A DNA stretch of 64,000 nucleotides, taken from Lytechinus pictus. Lineage: Eukaryota. Under the pieces are notes generated by a model. That model saw only the letters and a program-made list of their open reading frames with translations, ran no database searches and was not told the origin of the DNA. Position 1 is the first letter of the stretch; each line of letters starts with the position of its first letter. Of the stretch, positions 1-12,683 are shown one piece after another. A program made the translations under genes and the position numbers. The DNA is taken from contig NC_087250.1 in the NCBI RefSeq assembly GCF_037042905.1, positions 18,664,001-18,728,000 on the forward strand. The letters run 5' to 3'.

Positions 1-84
1 TTAAAAACCACTTTTGTTGAATTGAAGCTTTCTTTCATTACACCGTTGAATTATGTTATTTCTTTGCATGCATCCATCACATAG

Positions 85-222
85 ATAAACACACAGGAGA
101 TGATGCTTGTTCCTCCAACCCTTGTCATAATGGAGGCTCTTGTATCTTATCCAAGGAATCCCCAGGATACTCCTGTATATGCTTTGAGGGATACGGAGGA
201 GATACCTGCCAGAATACACAAG
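85..222 (+). CDS. EGF-domain exon of an EGF + C-type lectin gene (5' part of gene lies outside the window)
   Basis: Translates to (DKHT)GDDACSSNPCHNGGSCILSKESPGYSCICFEGYGGDTCQNTQ, a 6-Cys EGF pattern. Two in-frame acceptors (exon start 85 or 97); donor GT at 223; phase 1-1. Confidence 0.9.
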
Positions 223-766
223 GTGATTTTCAAGATCAACATTAAGTTAAGAATTTGACTTGCTGCGACTGGGTTTTGACCCCCAGGTTTCCTCAACTTA
301 ATTTATGTCGCTGAAAATAAATGGAACCAATTTTTTTTTTAGAAAATGCCCTCTAAACGCATTTTTTTTTCATTCCTAAAAATCTTACCTTAACGATGCT
401 GAAAATCCGACGACTTTTTGAAATAAAAATAAATCACGACGTTTTATGTTGCAGAAAATGGGCTTTGATATAGTGAAGTATCGGGAACTGACTCCCAAGG
501 TTTGGTACTGGGTTAAAGAATTGGAAATAAGGCCCTCTACGTGAGCTTTGGGGGAGACCCTATCGCCTTTATAAACGTCAAATTTGCACTACCCTTCATC
601 CGACGGGGTGTATGTAGATGGGCTCGAGAGAGTCTGTTCCCAATTATACAGCTCCACTACGCTACTGTGAAATTTTGCGCCTTTTATTTCTAATCAAGAA
701 AGGGAAGTGGTTTTGCGACAAGGCACTCCAGAATTAACTTTCGGTAAAACTCTTTTGCTTATTCAG

Positions 767-1066
767 GTAACCACGATATTCGAATATGCCCGGCAAACTG
801 GAAACAATTTGGGCACAAGTGCTACAAGAACATCGACGCAGGACTCAACTGGGTGAATCACCGCATCCATTGCAGGACGAATTTCAGTTTCAACGCCAGC
901 CTGTTGGTTATCGAGTCGAAGGAAGAAGATTATTTCGTTTCACACACGTTTGATAACATCAACCACGACGACATCTGGATGGGGTGCGCTCGACCAAGGA
1001 ATAACGACACTTGGGTTTGTTTTGGAAACATTGCCAGCTATGGTGCGGTAATAGTCGGCTACTGGA
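767..1066 (+). CDS. C-type lectin domain, N-terminal exon
   Basis: ttcag| GNHDIRICPANWKQFGHKCYK...WVNHRIHC...LLVIESKEEDYFV...IWMGC...GYW |gtaggt. Has the CPxxW..F..KCY, L..IES.EE and W.G CTLD motifs; phase matches the upstream exon. Confidence 0.9.
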
Positions 1067-1743
1067 GTAGGTTTACATTAACCTCAGTTTCTCTATCATT
1101 TTTCCTGCTCTCGCCTTTACTTTTTTTACTCTCTCTCTCCTTTTTTTTTGGGGGGGGGGATGGGGGTTGGGGTCATTTTCTACAACTACATCGCATCTGT
1201 ACATGGGTGGCACTTCAAGATTGTCAGCGTAGTCCAGATAGCGTGATGATAGAGGGAACCTATCTTTCCTAAAGCAAACGTAGATAAACTGCCTACCAGA
1301 TGATTCGGAGTATATACGCTGAGAGGATTAACACTGAGTTCGGAAATTATGGTGCCAGCCCCTCAACATTAAATGATAGCTTGCCTCTATCAACGCTCAT
1401 TTAATAAAGGGTTAAGAGAATCTGGGAGTCAGTTTCTCTTATAGATATCGATGATCCCTCTACGCTAGCTTTTGGAGAGGTATATGCAGTATATCCACGT
1501 CCACTCTTACGATAATGATGATAATAATAGTTCATATTTATACTGTAAAGCGCCTTTTCTGCGAGATGCAAAGTGCTTTAAGATGCCATCTCCGCATGGT
1601 CAGCATAATTATAATAATAACAAAATTTCTAATGCGAACACATCCACTTCAAGGAATGCTCAAGGCGCCTGACAATTTGATATAGATTCAACAAAATAAA
1701 CAGTAAATTAGACAAAATATCAAATCATTCACTAATATATATA

Positions 1744-2567
1744 CAGTGCGTCCCAGAAAAAACGAAACCGAGATTAAGCGATGATTTACATCATAACTTA
1801 ATCACAAATACAATAGACAAAGGAACTACCAATGTAAAGCTTAGAATATCCTCTTTCCTCTGATATTTCTTAGATTAATTCTCATTCACGCGTGAGTGAG
1901 CCAAAACAATTTGAAGAGGGGATACCAAAAAGTCATTTGGCGGGGGGTATCTGAATTTCAAAATGAAAAAAAAAAAAAATAAAAAGCTTAATATCTGCTC
2001 TTTTATTTGATACCTTAATCACAAAAAATGGTCAAGCAGTAAAAAAGTTATGTTCCCTCGAAACAATGCTTGTATTTCTATAATTTCATTAAATAAACGT
2101 GTTTTCACCGGTTACCCACATAAGCTATCGCATGGTTAACAAAATATTTAATGCATGACTGATCGTCAACGAAACGGAGTGTCAAGTGGGTTTGAACGCT
2201 TGCCTGTAGAACCTCTTAATTTTATGAAATTATTGAAATTTAAGCCTTGTTTAAAATAACAAGAACTAGTGTTATTTCTTGACCATTTTCTGTAATTGAG
2301 GTATCAAATTAAAGAGCAGATATTGAACTTTTAAAAAATGTGATTTCCTTTTTGAAACCCAGATACAGCCCGCCAAATGACTTTTTGGTATCCCCTCTTC
2401 AAACTGTTTTTGCTCACTCATGCGTTAATGGGGAATAATCTAAGTAATTTCAGATGAAAGAAGAGATTCTTAGCTTTACAATGGTAGGTCGTTTGTCTAT
2501 TGCATTTGTGATTAAGTTATGATAAATCATCGCTTAATCTCGGTTTCGTTTTTTCTGGGACGCACTG
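1744..2567. mobile_element. Tc1/mariner-like MITE with long TIRs
   Basis: TA|CAGTGCGTCCCAGAAAAAACGAAACCGAG ... CTCGGTTTCGTTTTTTCTGGGACGCACTG|TA; arms >300 bp; second copy at 30685-31502. Confidence 0.92.
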
Positions 2568-2639
2568 TATATATATATATAAGAAACAGGAGAGGAGGTT
2601 TATTATGGTATCAATGGATATTATGAGACTATATGACTG

Positions 2640-2930
2640 AAGAGAATAGGTCCATGGTTCCAGAGAAGGGGTGCAACAGCAAAGAATGCTCTGTCAGCCA
2701 ATGTCCTCTTTGTTCTGGGTTTGATGGAACTAATTGAGCAAAGACCGGTACGAACAGAAGAAGAGGCATGAATGAGAGAGGAAATATAAAGCGTATCAGA
2801 TAAATTATTTACAAATTAACAGGCAGTGACAGTATTGTATTAAGTCCAGTACATAAATGATCAGGATATCAGAGTCTTCAAGTTTTGTTTGAATTTGCCC
2901 AGTGTTGGTAATGATTTGAGGAGAGGAGCA
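2640..2930 (-). mobile_element. L2-type LINE 3' remnants (one continues at 8822-8895)
   Basis: Minus strand reads TLADRAFFAVAPLLWN (~2655-2705). AGDAGFSSTAPRLWNGKLP (8822-8895) resumes as LLKSLPTLGKFKQNLKT (~2875-2925). Confidence 0.6.
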
Positions 2931-3155
2931 CGGGGGGGGGGGCAGTCAAATATATTGCTGTACACACGCGTGAAAAAAATAAAAACGTTTAAGGACGTTC
3001 CACATTAAAAGTGAAATCCATGTCATTTTCAACATACTTTGCACATAGATACTTTAGAACCTGAATATTCGAAATATGCAGAAAATAACATAGGTCCATG
3101 TGCTTGATTTTTTTGCTATAGGGCTTCAAAGTTCACCAAAACTGGATGTTCTTAA

Positions 3156-3750
3156 AGGGGAATCCAACCCAAATAAGAACTTGTTTTTATAAGGAAAAGA
3201 AAAATCAGACAAGTTGATAGGTAAAAGTTTGAACAATATTGGACAAACAACAAGAAAGTTATGAATTTTTAAAAGTAGTAAATATTGGTAATCACTATAC
3301 CCATGGAGACTTCAAATTGGCCGCATATGGGATGTCATAGTGATGTAAGGCAAGGACTACTCTTCCATGTACTCCAATAAATATTATGGCTAAAATGTCA
3401 TTTTTCCCAAAAGTTTTATTTCAAATTATATTTTTCTTTCATGAGGATATAAAACAATATACTACCTGGGTTATATTTAGATTACTGCCCCAGGGGAATG
3501 GGTACTTAGGAGAAAACCACAAATCCTTGATAATAAAGTACATGGCCTATGGGAAAGTTGTCCTTGCCCCTTGTCATAATTTACTTACCCAGTTGCCAAT
3601 TTGAAATCTACATAGTATTAGTGATCTCAATTTTAAAGTAGCTATAACTTTCTTATTGCTTGTCCGATTTCTTTCAGACTTTCACCATTCTGTTTAATTT
3701 ATTTTTCTCCTTCCCAACACAACATTTTATGGCCAAGGCTGGATTCCCCT
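3156..3750. mobile_element. Kolobok-like MITE (TTAA TSD)
   Basis: TTAA|AGGGGAATCCA ... TGGATTCCCCT|TTAA. Confidence 0.88.
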
Positions 3751-3910
3751 TTAAGAATTGCGCATTCAAAAGAATTTGGCATTTTTAGACCTCTCAAGAT
3801 CACTACAATGAGTTTAAACCTCTATTTCTCAGTCAAAATACATGAAAAAGTCATCAAATTTCGCAAGAGAGTTAATAATTGTATTGTTAGAATGGAGAAT
3901 CTATTTATAC

Positions 3911-6900
3911 CAGGGGCGGATCCAGCCTTCGCCAATAGGAGGGGGGGGGGGGCGGAATTTTTTTTCAGCCATATTTTCCCCGATCGGCCGCTCGAACATG
4001 ATTTCTGTTTGTTTCTTTGAAGGGGTAATCCTCATAGTTACTTCTTAGCTTTGATTCTTATAAATAAACATATGTAATATCATAATCCTTATTTATATAA
4101 TGCGAACGCGAGCCATTTTTTTGTTGAAATTTTATGTATTTTTCCTAAAATTTGAACTTGTCCCAGTAACTGTAAGCGAAATAAAGAAACAATTATTGAA
4201 AATGTCTAGTGTCAAAGCGATGGGATGTGATATGATACCAATGAAACTTATAAAGATAGCGATACCATGTATAACTGAACCCTTGGCACATATTATAAAT
4301 GTGTCTATTACTACTGCATGTGTACCTACGGAGTGGAAAAAGGCAAGAGTTAGTGCCTTACATAAAGGCGGTGCAAATGAACCTTCTAATTTCAGGCCAA
4401 TTTCGATATTACCTATTTTATCTAAGCTACTAGAACGTATAGTGTTTGATCAATTGTATGAATACTTGAACAGGAACAGTTTGATTAATGACTACCAATC
4501 TGGCTTTCGGCCATTACATTCTACAGCAACGGCATTACTCAATACAACAGATGAATGGCTAAAAAGCTTTGATGAAGGCAAATTAGTATGCTCTGTCATG
4601 CTAGACTTAAAAAAAAGCATTCGACACGGTTGATTTCGTATTGCTTATCCAAAAATTAAAGCAATATGGAATTGGGGATCACTCAATTGAATGGTTTACA
4701 AGTTACTTATATGGAAGATGCAAGAAAACGACAGTGCATGGTATATCATCTGATTTATTACCCATTAAATCTGGAATCCCTCAAGGGTCCATTTTAGGGC
4801 CGCTTCTTTTCATTTTACATATTAATGATCTACCTTTAGTTCTTAGAAATTGCAAAATAAGTATGTATGCAGATGACACTATTTTATATTATGCAAGTAA
4901 CAACTACTCTGATCTAGAAAACAAAATCAATGAAGATTTGCAAAATGTGAAACGATGGCTTGATCACAATAAGCTTAGTTTGAATATCAAAAAAACTGAA
5001 TATATTGTCCTAGGAACTAGAAATCGACTGAAACTATTCAAAGATGAATCGCTAAATATTCACATTGATGGAAACCCCCTAACAAGAGTTACACAGTGTA
5101 AACATTTAGGAGTAATTTTAGATGAAAATCTGTCATGGGGAAAACACATTCAAAATGTGCAGAAGAAATGTAGTAGCGGTTTGTTTATGCTAAAATCGAT
5201 ACGAAGTATGGTTGACAAGGATACAATGATTCTAGTCTATAACGCCCTGATTTCATCTCATTTGTCATATTGTGATATAGTACGGGGAAATTGCGGCAAA
5301 TGTTTAAAAGATAACCTCCAAAAGATTCAAAATCGGGCAGCTCGCGTTATCAATAATACCGCCTGGGATTCATCCGGAAACGATAATCTAAATGAACTAA
5401 ATTGGGATACACTTGAAAAGAAAAGGAATGAAAGTGTTACAATAATGATGTTTAACATACTCAATAATTTAGCCCCTTCATATCTAATCAATAGATTTTC
5501 CCTTAAAGAAAGATCACATAACACAAGAAGTGGGAATCTCAATTTGGAAATAATGCAAATAAAGTCTGAATCTGCAAAGCGCATGTTTATGTACAGAGGC
5601 GCCAGTATGTGGAACTCATTGCCCACTAATATTCAAGCGGCACAATCGAAACGCAATTTCAAAACAGGTCTTAAGAGATTATCTGTGTGATATGGATCAC
5701 AATGACTATTTTTCTGTTTAATTGTCTTTATCAAACATCAACAGACAATTTCTATTTTCTGTCCCCAGTACATGTATTATTTTCCAACCATTTCATATGT
5801 TTTGCTTTTATATGGCATGAGTATTAACTATATAAGTTTTATAATTAATTTCAGTGCATGTTTAGTTATCATAAATTTTCCAGACATTTTTGTATGTTTA
5901 GTTTTTATCATTGATAAATCATGACTTGTATTCATTTTCTTGTACTCGTTTGTCCATTATAGAAACATGTATTTACTTTGACATTTTACTTTACCATGTA
6001 CACATTTACTATTACCATGTATGCATCGCTTTGTTCCGATTTACCGATAGATATTTCATGTTGTAAATTATTGATGTTTTTGAAAACGGTATATAATTTC
6101 TTCGTCTTTTTCTTACTATCATTATTATTCTTTTTCTTCTTCTTCTTTTCTTCTTCTGTTATCTTCTCTGTTGTCTTTTCTCTTCTTCGTCTCCCTCTCA
6201 CTTTTCCCTTCTTCTTCTTCCTTTTTTTTTCTTCTCCTCCCCTCCTCTTCACGTTTCAATGATTGCCTTGTAATATTACATTGATGCTTCTGTTCCTATA
6301 TATTGCTCGTTATACACTGATTTCAAAATGTTTACTTTGTCAATTGTATGTTCCACACGGCCCCAATGGAAATCAGTCTGTGAACTGTTTGGGCTTTTTA
6401 ACCGTGTATAAATAAAATAAATCTTATCTTATCTTATCTTATCTAACATTCTAGGCAATGTGTATGCAACTCAATAATTACTACGAACGCGAAGCACGAG
6501 CAGAAGTTGTGTATACACATTTTGAACTGATCGAAAAGGTAGGCCTACCTACTGCTGCTTGAAGTTATCCATGAAGACGTTACATATTTCAACAAGCAAA
6601 TATTGCGAGCGCCGGGCGCGAGCTGAATTTTTTTTGACATTTTAACCCAAAGAGTGGAAATTCTAAGCACTTTTTGTAACTTAAACAAAATAGGTATATA
6701 ACTAAACAACTGATGCGAGCGCAGAGCGCGAGCGGAAAAAAAAATCGAGATTTAGACCTAAAAACGGGACACTATTCATGTTTTGTAAATCATGAAAAGG
6801 ATGAGTAATAGCTATCTTCCTACATTGATAATGCGAGCAGATACGCCTGCGTGTTTCAGATTTAATCCTAGGATCTGCATTCTAAGCAAATCTTTTATCA

Positions 6901-7861
6901 TGAAAATCAAAGCGAGCGCAAAGCGCGAGCGTAATGTATTTGATATTTCGATCGAAAAAAGGGTCAATTTCAGCTCTATATTTAAAGCACTTTGTAGGAA
7001 AATTGTGAGGTGGATATGGATCGCACTTAATAAAGAGCTGATTATTTTCATTATTATCACTTTGAGTTTTATATAGGAGCGGGACATCCTTAGGACATGA
7101 TGTCATCATATGAAAATGATGACTATCTTTCTATTCCTCTGGCTATAATTAAGCGCGAGATGAAATAAAAGGGACAGTTTAATTATTAAATTGATATCTC
7201 AGTGCATAATGAGGGCGCCGAATTAATGCGAGTGCAAATCACGAGCCGAAATTTTTGATAAACTGTCATGAAAAGGGGATTTTAAGTAGTTTGTTGTGTA
7301 ATCAATTATGACACGTAATACGTACATAAGTCGCCAATCAAAATGCGAGCGTGTAGCGCTAGCTGATACGTTTTGACAATCAGGCATAAAAAGGGATATT
7401 TTGAAATCTTTATGGAATACACGAAAATAATAAGTACCTGATAAATCAAAATTTGCGAGCGCGCAGCGCGAGCAGAAAATGTAAATATTCTTACCATAAA
7501 ACTGACATTCTTTTACAGAGCACTTTATGAAAGCTCGATTTCCGAGGTGAAATATGTTTTGTATAATTGACTTCTAAACTTGAAATTTAAGCTCCATATT
7601 GAACAAGTTATTTACATCACCCAACAGGCAATGCGAGCACGAAGCGCGAGCGAAATTTTATGTAATGAAACATTCTTTTTATTTTCCGAGTCTTCCCTTC
7701 ATTTTAATCTTTTATATTCAATCGTCATCCTCTTCTTCTTTTTTCCCCTCTCTATTCTCTTTTCCCTTCTTTTCTTTCTTTCCTTTTTTTTTCTTGTTTT
7801 TGCTCCGCCGATAGGGGGGGGGGGGGCGGGCCCCTCGCCCCCCCCCCTGGATCCGCCTATG
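3911..7861 (+). mobile_element. hAT-like non-autonomous element with internal GCGAGCGCGAAGCGCGAGC repeats, interrupted by a LINE
   Basis: CAGGGGCGGATCCAG ... CTGGATCCGCCTATG; tttata on both flanks; homologous inverted copy at 9409-11546. Confidence 0.85.
4158..6444 (+). mobile_element. 5'-truncated CR1/L2-group LINE (RT part of ORF2, one frameshift)
   Basis: NFRPISILP, QSGFR, DLKK/AFDTV broken by one extra A in the A8 run at 4609-4616, PQGSILGP, YADD; stop at 5690; 3' tail (TCTTA)n ends ~6444. Confidence 0.93.
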
Positions 7862-8933
7862 TTTATAGTGCTATTTGTTTGCAAATTTAAGTCTAACAGC
7901 ACCGTCAGTTCTTAAAAATGGCGTAAAAGATAACAAAAACCCAATCTCAAAAATGTGAAATTGCAATAACAAACTACAAAAGTACAATAAATGCTGCACT
8001 TTATTCAAAATCCTTGTCATTTTCACCAAAATTTGCAAAGTTGTAGAGGAAGGTATACCTATGAGGTGCAAGAATTAAAACATAGGTTCATGTGCTTGTT
8101 TTCAAACTATCAGCATTTTTATTAGAGCAAATGTGCTTTTTTTAAACAACAAAAAATGTGCCAAATGCTTTGTATGTATGTGAAGAAAAAATCAAAACCA
8201 ATCTACCATTTATTCAAACTCTGGGTCACATTCGTGATTCTTGGCAGCACTGCAGAGTAAATTATTTTGAAATTGTAGAGATAATTTTTAAAAATGGTCC
8301 ATGAAATAATTCCAGTTTCTTGGCTTCATAAAATAACGCATCGGATCTGCAGTTAGATTGCAGATGATGAGAAAAATCAGCTCATACTCACAGCTAATTC
8401 ATCACATGTTCATCCATTGTGACGTCAGCGTGCAGAGTGTAAAATAATTATATAACTGCGGAACGTCCTTAAATGTTTTTTTTTTCAGTTTTGGAGGCGG
8501 GCCGCTCGTCCACTCGTCAAGGGTATCAAAAACACTGATTTAAAAAAGGGAAGTTTTGAAAGACTGGTCAGTGGTCAATCGCGGGGTCAAACGTATTTAG
8601 GGTATGGTTTATTCCAACGCTTTTTTTAAGAGTAGCCAAAAGTGTTAAAGGTATGTTTTTCCCCAAGCTTTTTCCCCGGGGTCATAGTCTGGCGACAACG
8701 TGTTTAAGGGCAAAAATGTGTAAATAAAGCCCGCGAAACACTTGTTTAGGGGGTTATTTTGCATACAGAGAAAAACTCGTTTAGGGGGAGTACAGCAGTA
8801 CATTTGACTGCCCCCCCCCCCGGTAGAGGGGAGGGAGCTTACCATTCCACAGTCTTGGAGCAGTAGAGGAGAAACCTGCATCGCCAGCTAATTTGTAGAT
8901 ACGTGGGTACTAGGGCCAGTGTACTTCGAACAG

Positions 8934-9105
8934 GGGGCCGTTTCATAAAGCTGTTCGCAAGTTAAGAGCGACTTTAAGAACGCCTCGTGATTCCTTTCTT
9001 ACGCGCTAAACCATCGCCAATGAATATACCCTTTACCACAAGAAAGGATCACCAGTCGTTCTTAAAGTCGCTCTTAACTTACGAACATCTTTATGAAACG
9101 GCCCC
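8934..9105. mobile_element. PIF/Harbinger-like palindromic MITE (~170 bp)
   Basis: GGGGCCGTTTCATAAAG...AAGTTAAGAGCGACTTTAAGAACG and its reverse complement; second copy ~11865-12033. Confidence 0.8.
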
Positions 9106-9183
9106 AGGTTGGACGTTAATAGAAGGGATATACCTTCCCCCGGCTTCCCCCTATGTAGAGGGACAAATTCTCTAATAAACCCA

Positions 9184-11582
9184 CATGGGCGGAAATCCCA
9201 GGGGGACAGGGGGACGTGTCCCCCCTACTCAAAATAGTAGGGGGGACACAATATCAAATGTCCCCCTACTATTTTTGGTCTTTTATGATGGTAAGAAATA
9301 CATCATTCTAAATCGAAATAAAACATGCATTTTGGGACGAGATGACCTTACTTTTGCGATGATAACCTTTTTTTGCTAGTCGAATTTTCCCGTCCCTTCC
9401 CTTGTCCCCATAGGCGGATCCGAGGGGCCCGCCCCCCCCCCCCCCTCTTGGCGGAGCAAAAAAAGGGAAAGAAAGAAGGAAAAAGAAGGGAAAAGAGAGG
9501 AGAAAAAAAGAAGAGAAGGACGACGAGTGCATAAAATAAGATGAGGGGAAGACTTGGAAAATAAACAGAATCTTTCGTGCCACTATATAAAATTTTCGCT
9601 CACGCTTCGCGCTCGCATTACCTGTTAGGTGATTTGCATATCTTGTTCAATATGGAGTTCGAATATAATGTTTGGAAGTCAATAAACAAAACATATTTCA
9701 CCTCGGAAATCGAACTTTCATTATTTTGTGTAATTTACAAATTGGTTTTTAAACAGTGCTCTGTAAAAATGTCAGTTATATGGTCTGAATGTTAACATTT
9801 GCTGCTTGCGCTGCGCGCTCGCAAATTTTGATTTATCAGGTACCTATTTTCGTGTATTCCATAAAGTTGTCAAAATATCCCTTTTCAGGTGTGATTGTCA
9901 AGACGTATCAGCTAGCGCGCTGCACGCTCGCATTTTGATTGGCGAGTTATATAAATGTTTCAATATTGATTATACAACAAACAACTTAAAATCCCCTTTT
10001 CATGACAGTTTATCAAAAAAATTTAGCTCGCGATTTGCGCTTGCATTAATGGTAAAAAAATATATTAACTGATGCATCCTATTCATAATCACAAAAGTGA
10101 AATGTCCAGTTTTTATGCCGTGATATCATCAGATATCGCGCCCTCATTAGGCATTGATAAATATGATATTAATCTAATAATTAAACTGTCCCTTTTGTTT
10201 CATCTCGCGCTTAGCAAGAGGAATAGGAAGATAGTCATCATTTTCTTATGATGACATGTCGTAAGGATGTCCTGGTCCGATGTCAAAACTCAAAGTAATA
10301 ATAAAAATATTAGCTCTTTTTTAAGTGCGATCCATATCCACCTTACAATTTTTCTACAAAGTGCTTGAAATATAAAGCTGAAATTGACTCTTTTTTTCAG
10401 ATCGGAATTTCAAAGTTTCATGATTTTCAAGATTAAAGTTGTGTTTAGAATGCCTAGATTCTAGGTCTAAATATGAAACACGCTCGCGCATGTTTATTCA
10501 GATACTCAACTTGTTCTCTAATTTAAATCACAATCCAATTATCACAATATCAAAAAATTTCTGCCCGCGCTTTGTGCTCGCATTATTAATGTAGGAAGAC
10601 CCCATATTACTCATCCTTTTGATGATTTACAAAGCATGAACAGAGTGGCCCATTTTTAGGTCTAAATCTCGAATTTTTGTTCTGCTCGCGCTTCGCGCTC
10701 GCATCAATCGTTAAATTATATAGCTATCCTGTTTACGATTACAAAAACTGATAAAAATTTTCCATTCTTTCTTTAGAAAGTTAAAATATTTTCAGCTCGC
10801 GCTTCGCGCTCGCATTTTTTGATTGTTGAAATATGTAACGCCTTCATGGCTAAGTGCAAGCAGTCCTTAACAGGTACCTTTTCAAAAGGTACCAGTTCAA
10901 AACGTATATAAAAATTTCCTGCTCGAGCTTTGCGCTCGCATTATTAATACTCATCCTTTTCAGGATTTACAAAACATGAATAGTGTCTCGTTCAGTAAAT
11001 ATTATAAGACTAAATCTCGAAATTTTCTGCTCGCGCTTCGCGCTCACATTAATTGTTTACTCATATACCTATTATACATATATCTGCTTGAGTTACAAAA
11101 AGTGTTTAGAATTTCCATTCTTTAGGTGAAAATGTCAAAAAAATTCAGCTCGCGCTTTGCGCTCGCATTGTTTGATTGTTAAATGCTTCTTTAACAGGTA
11201 TCTTTTCCATCAGTTCATTTCTGCTCGCGCTTTGCGTTCGTAGTCATTATTAAGTTGCATGCACATCTTTTTCAGGATAAAAAACATTGCCCAGAATCAG
11301 TTCAAATTTTAGGAAAAAATACATAAAATTTCCAAAAAAATTGCTCGCGCTTCGCGCTCGCATCATATAAATAAGGATTCTGATATTATATATTAATTCA
11401 TGAGAATAAAGCTAAGAAATGTCTTATGAGGACTACCCCTTCAAAGAAACAAACACAAATCATCTTCGAGCTTCCGATCGGGGAAAATATGGCTGAAACA
11501 AATTCTCGCCCCCCCCCCCTATTGGTGAAGGCTGGATCCGCCCCTGTGTCCCCCTACCTTTTGGGAGAGATTTCCGCCCCTG
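9184..11582. mobile_element. Short hAT-like MITE hosting the 9409-11546 element
   Basis: CATGGGCGGAAATC ... GATTTCCGCCCCTG; flanks taaaccca / ctaaccca (imperfect 8-bp TSD). Confidence 0.75.
9409..11546 (-). mobile_element. Second, inverted and uninterrupted copy of the hAT-like element
   Basis: tgtccc|CATAGGCGGATCC ... GGATCCGCCCCTG|tgtccc (6-bp direct repeat). Confidence 0.88.
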
Positions 11583-11864
11583 CTAACCCAGTGCAAATCC
11601 TCAAAGCATATATACTTTAGCTTAGAGAAAGGTAGGTTCCATTCCCCAACGTCCAATATCGTCTAGGACCAACAGTGGCCATTATCTGATTTTATTTTTC
11701 AAGGAGTGAAAATATAAATAAATAAGGGAATAAAATTTATAATGGTAGTCTTTATTAACCCCGTCGTCAACTGAGAATAAATACGCCACCTTTAAGTCTG
11801 TTTGACCCCGTCCCCTGCACCACCCCTCAATTGCATATCTGCCAATAGCCATCTACTCGGGGGA

Positions 11865-12033
11865 GGGGGGCGTTTCATAAAGATATTCGTAAGTTAAGAG
11901 CGACCTTAAGAACGACTGGTGATCCTTTCTTACGCGCTTAACCATCGCCAATGAATATATCATTTACCACAAGAAAGGATCAGCAGTCGTTCTTAAAGTC
12001 GCTCACTTACGAACAGCTTTATGAAACACCCAC
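11865..12033. mobile_element. Second copy of the ~170-bp palindromic MITE
   Basis: Colinear with 8934-9105. Confidence 0.78.
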
Positions 12034-12503
12034 CAGGTAATATTTGTCTCTTCCTTTTCATATCTTTTGTCTCAATCATTCTATGTATTCTAAGTTTTTA
12101 TGATAATGTTTTTGCTTGCTCAATTGCTTTACCATTTTACACCACTTTGACAAACATTATCTATCTCAGACTGATACACTTTGTTGCTTGCAAGGGATAT
12201 GCATGTATTAATATTCAATTCAATTCAATTTATTAATAATTCATAAAATGCAAAGCAGATATATACAATAAAATGTGTATGGGAATCACAACAAAAGCCT
12301 ATGGCTTGCTAAACAGTGATCCCCTTTCATACAAAATATACATTATGACATTATGACATATGAGAAACAAGTACGCATGAGAAGGAATTTATAATGTAAC
12401 ATATTACTTCCGTATGCATTTCATTTGTCTCATTTTGTTTTGCAATAATTCTGCTATGCTTTGAATCACCACATCTCAAACTACGGTGATTTCATTTCCT
12501 CAG

Positions 12504-12655
12504 ATTGGGGTGTGAACGAACCAAGATACGGTAGGCAACCTTCCAGATGTCTCAGTTATTCTTTCAAGGAGGGCAAGCCATCAGAATGGAAGGATCAAAA
12601 TTGTGACCGCGAGTACCCAGCAGTTTGCCAAACCTTAGCTTTGGGAAGTCATTGA
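12504..12655 (+). CDS. C-type lectin domain, terminal exon with stop codon
   Basis: cctcag| (N)WGVNEPRYGRQPSRCLSYSFKEGKPSEWKDQNCDREYPAVCQTLALGSH*. Joins the previous exon in phase 1 to give YWNWGVNEP; C...WxD..C......C pattern. Confidence 0.88.
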
Positions 12656-12683
12656 GAAATATCATAGAGGCAAATACTGTATG

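Larger units (their letters stand above)
2993..8468. mobile_element. TTAA-targeting non-autonomous DNA transposon (Kolobok-like, GG terminus)
   Basis: TTAA|GGACGTTCCaCA ... TGcGGAACGTCC|TTAA. Confidence 0.8.
2931..8822. mobile_element. TIR element (CGGGG...GCAGTCAAAT termini); outer shell of a nested cluster
   Basis: Left cg(11)cagtcaaatatattgctgtac; right gtacagcagtacatttgactgc(n)g. TSD not resolved. Confidence 0.7.

Noticed and set aside
853..1272. 139-aa ORF as a standalone gene
   Set aside because: Only the part up to 1066 is lectin exon; the remainder is intron read-through.
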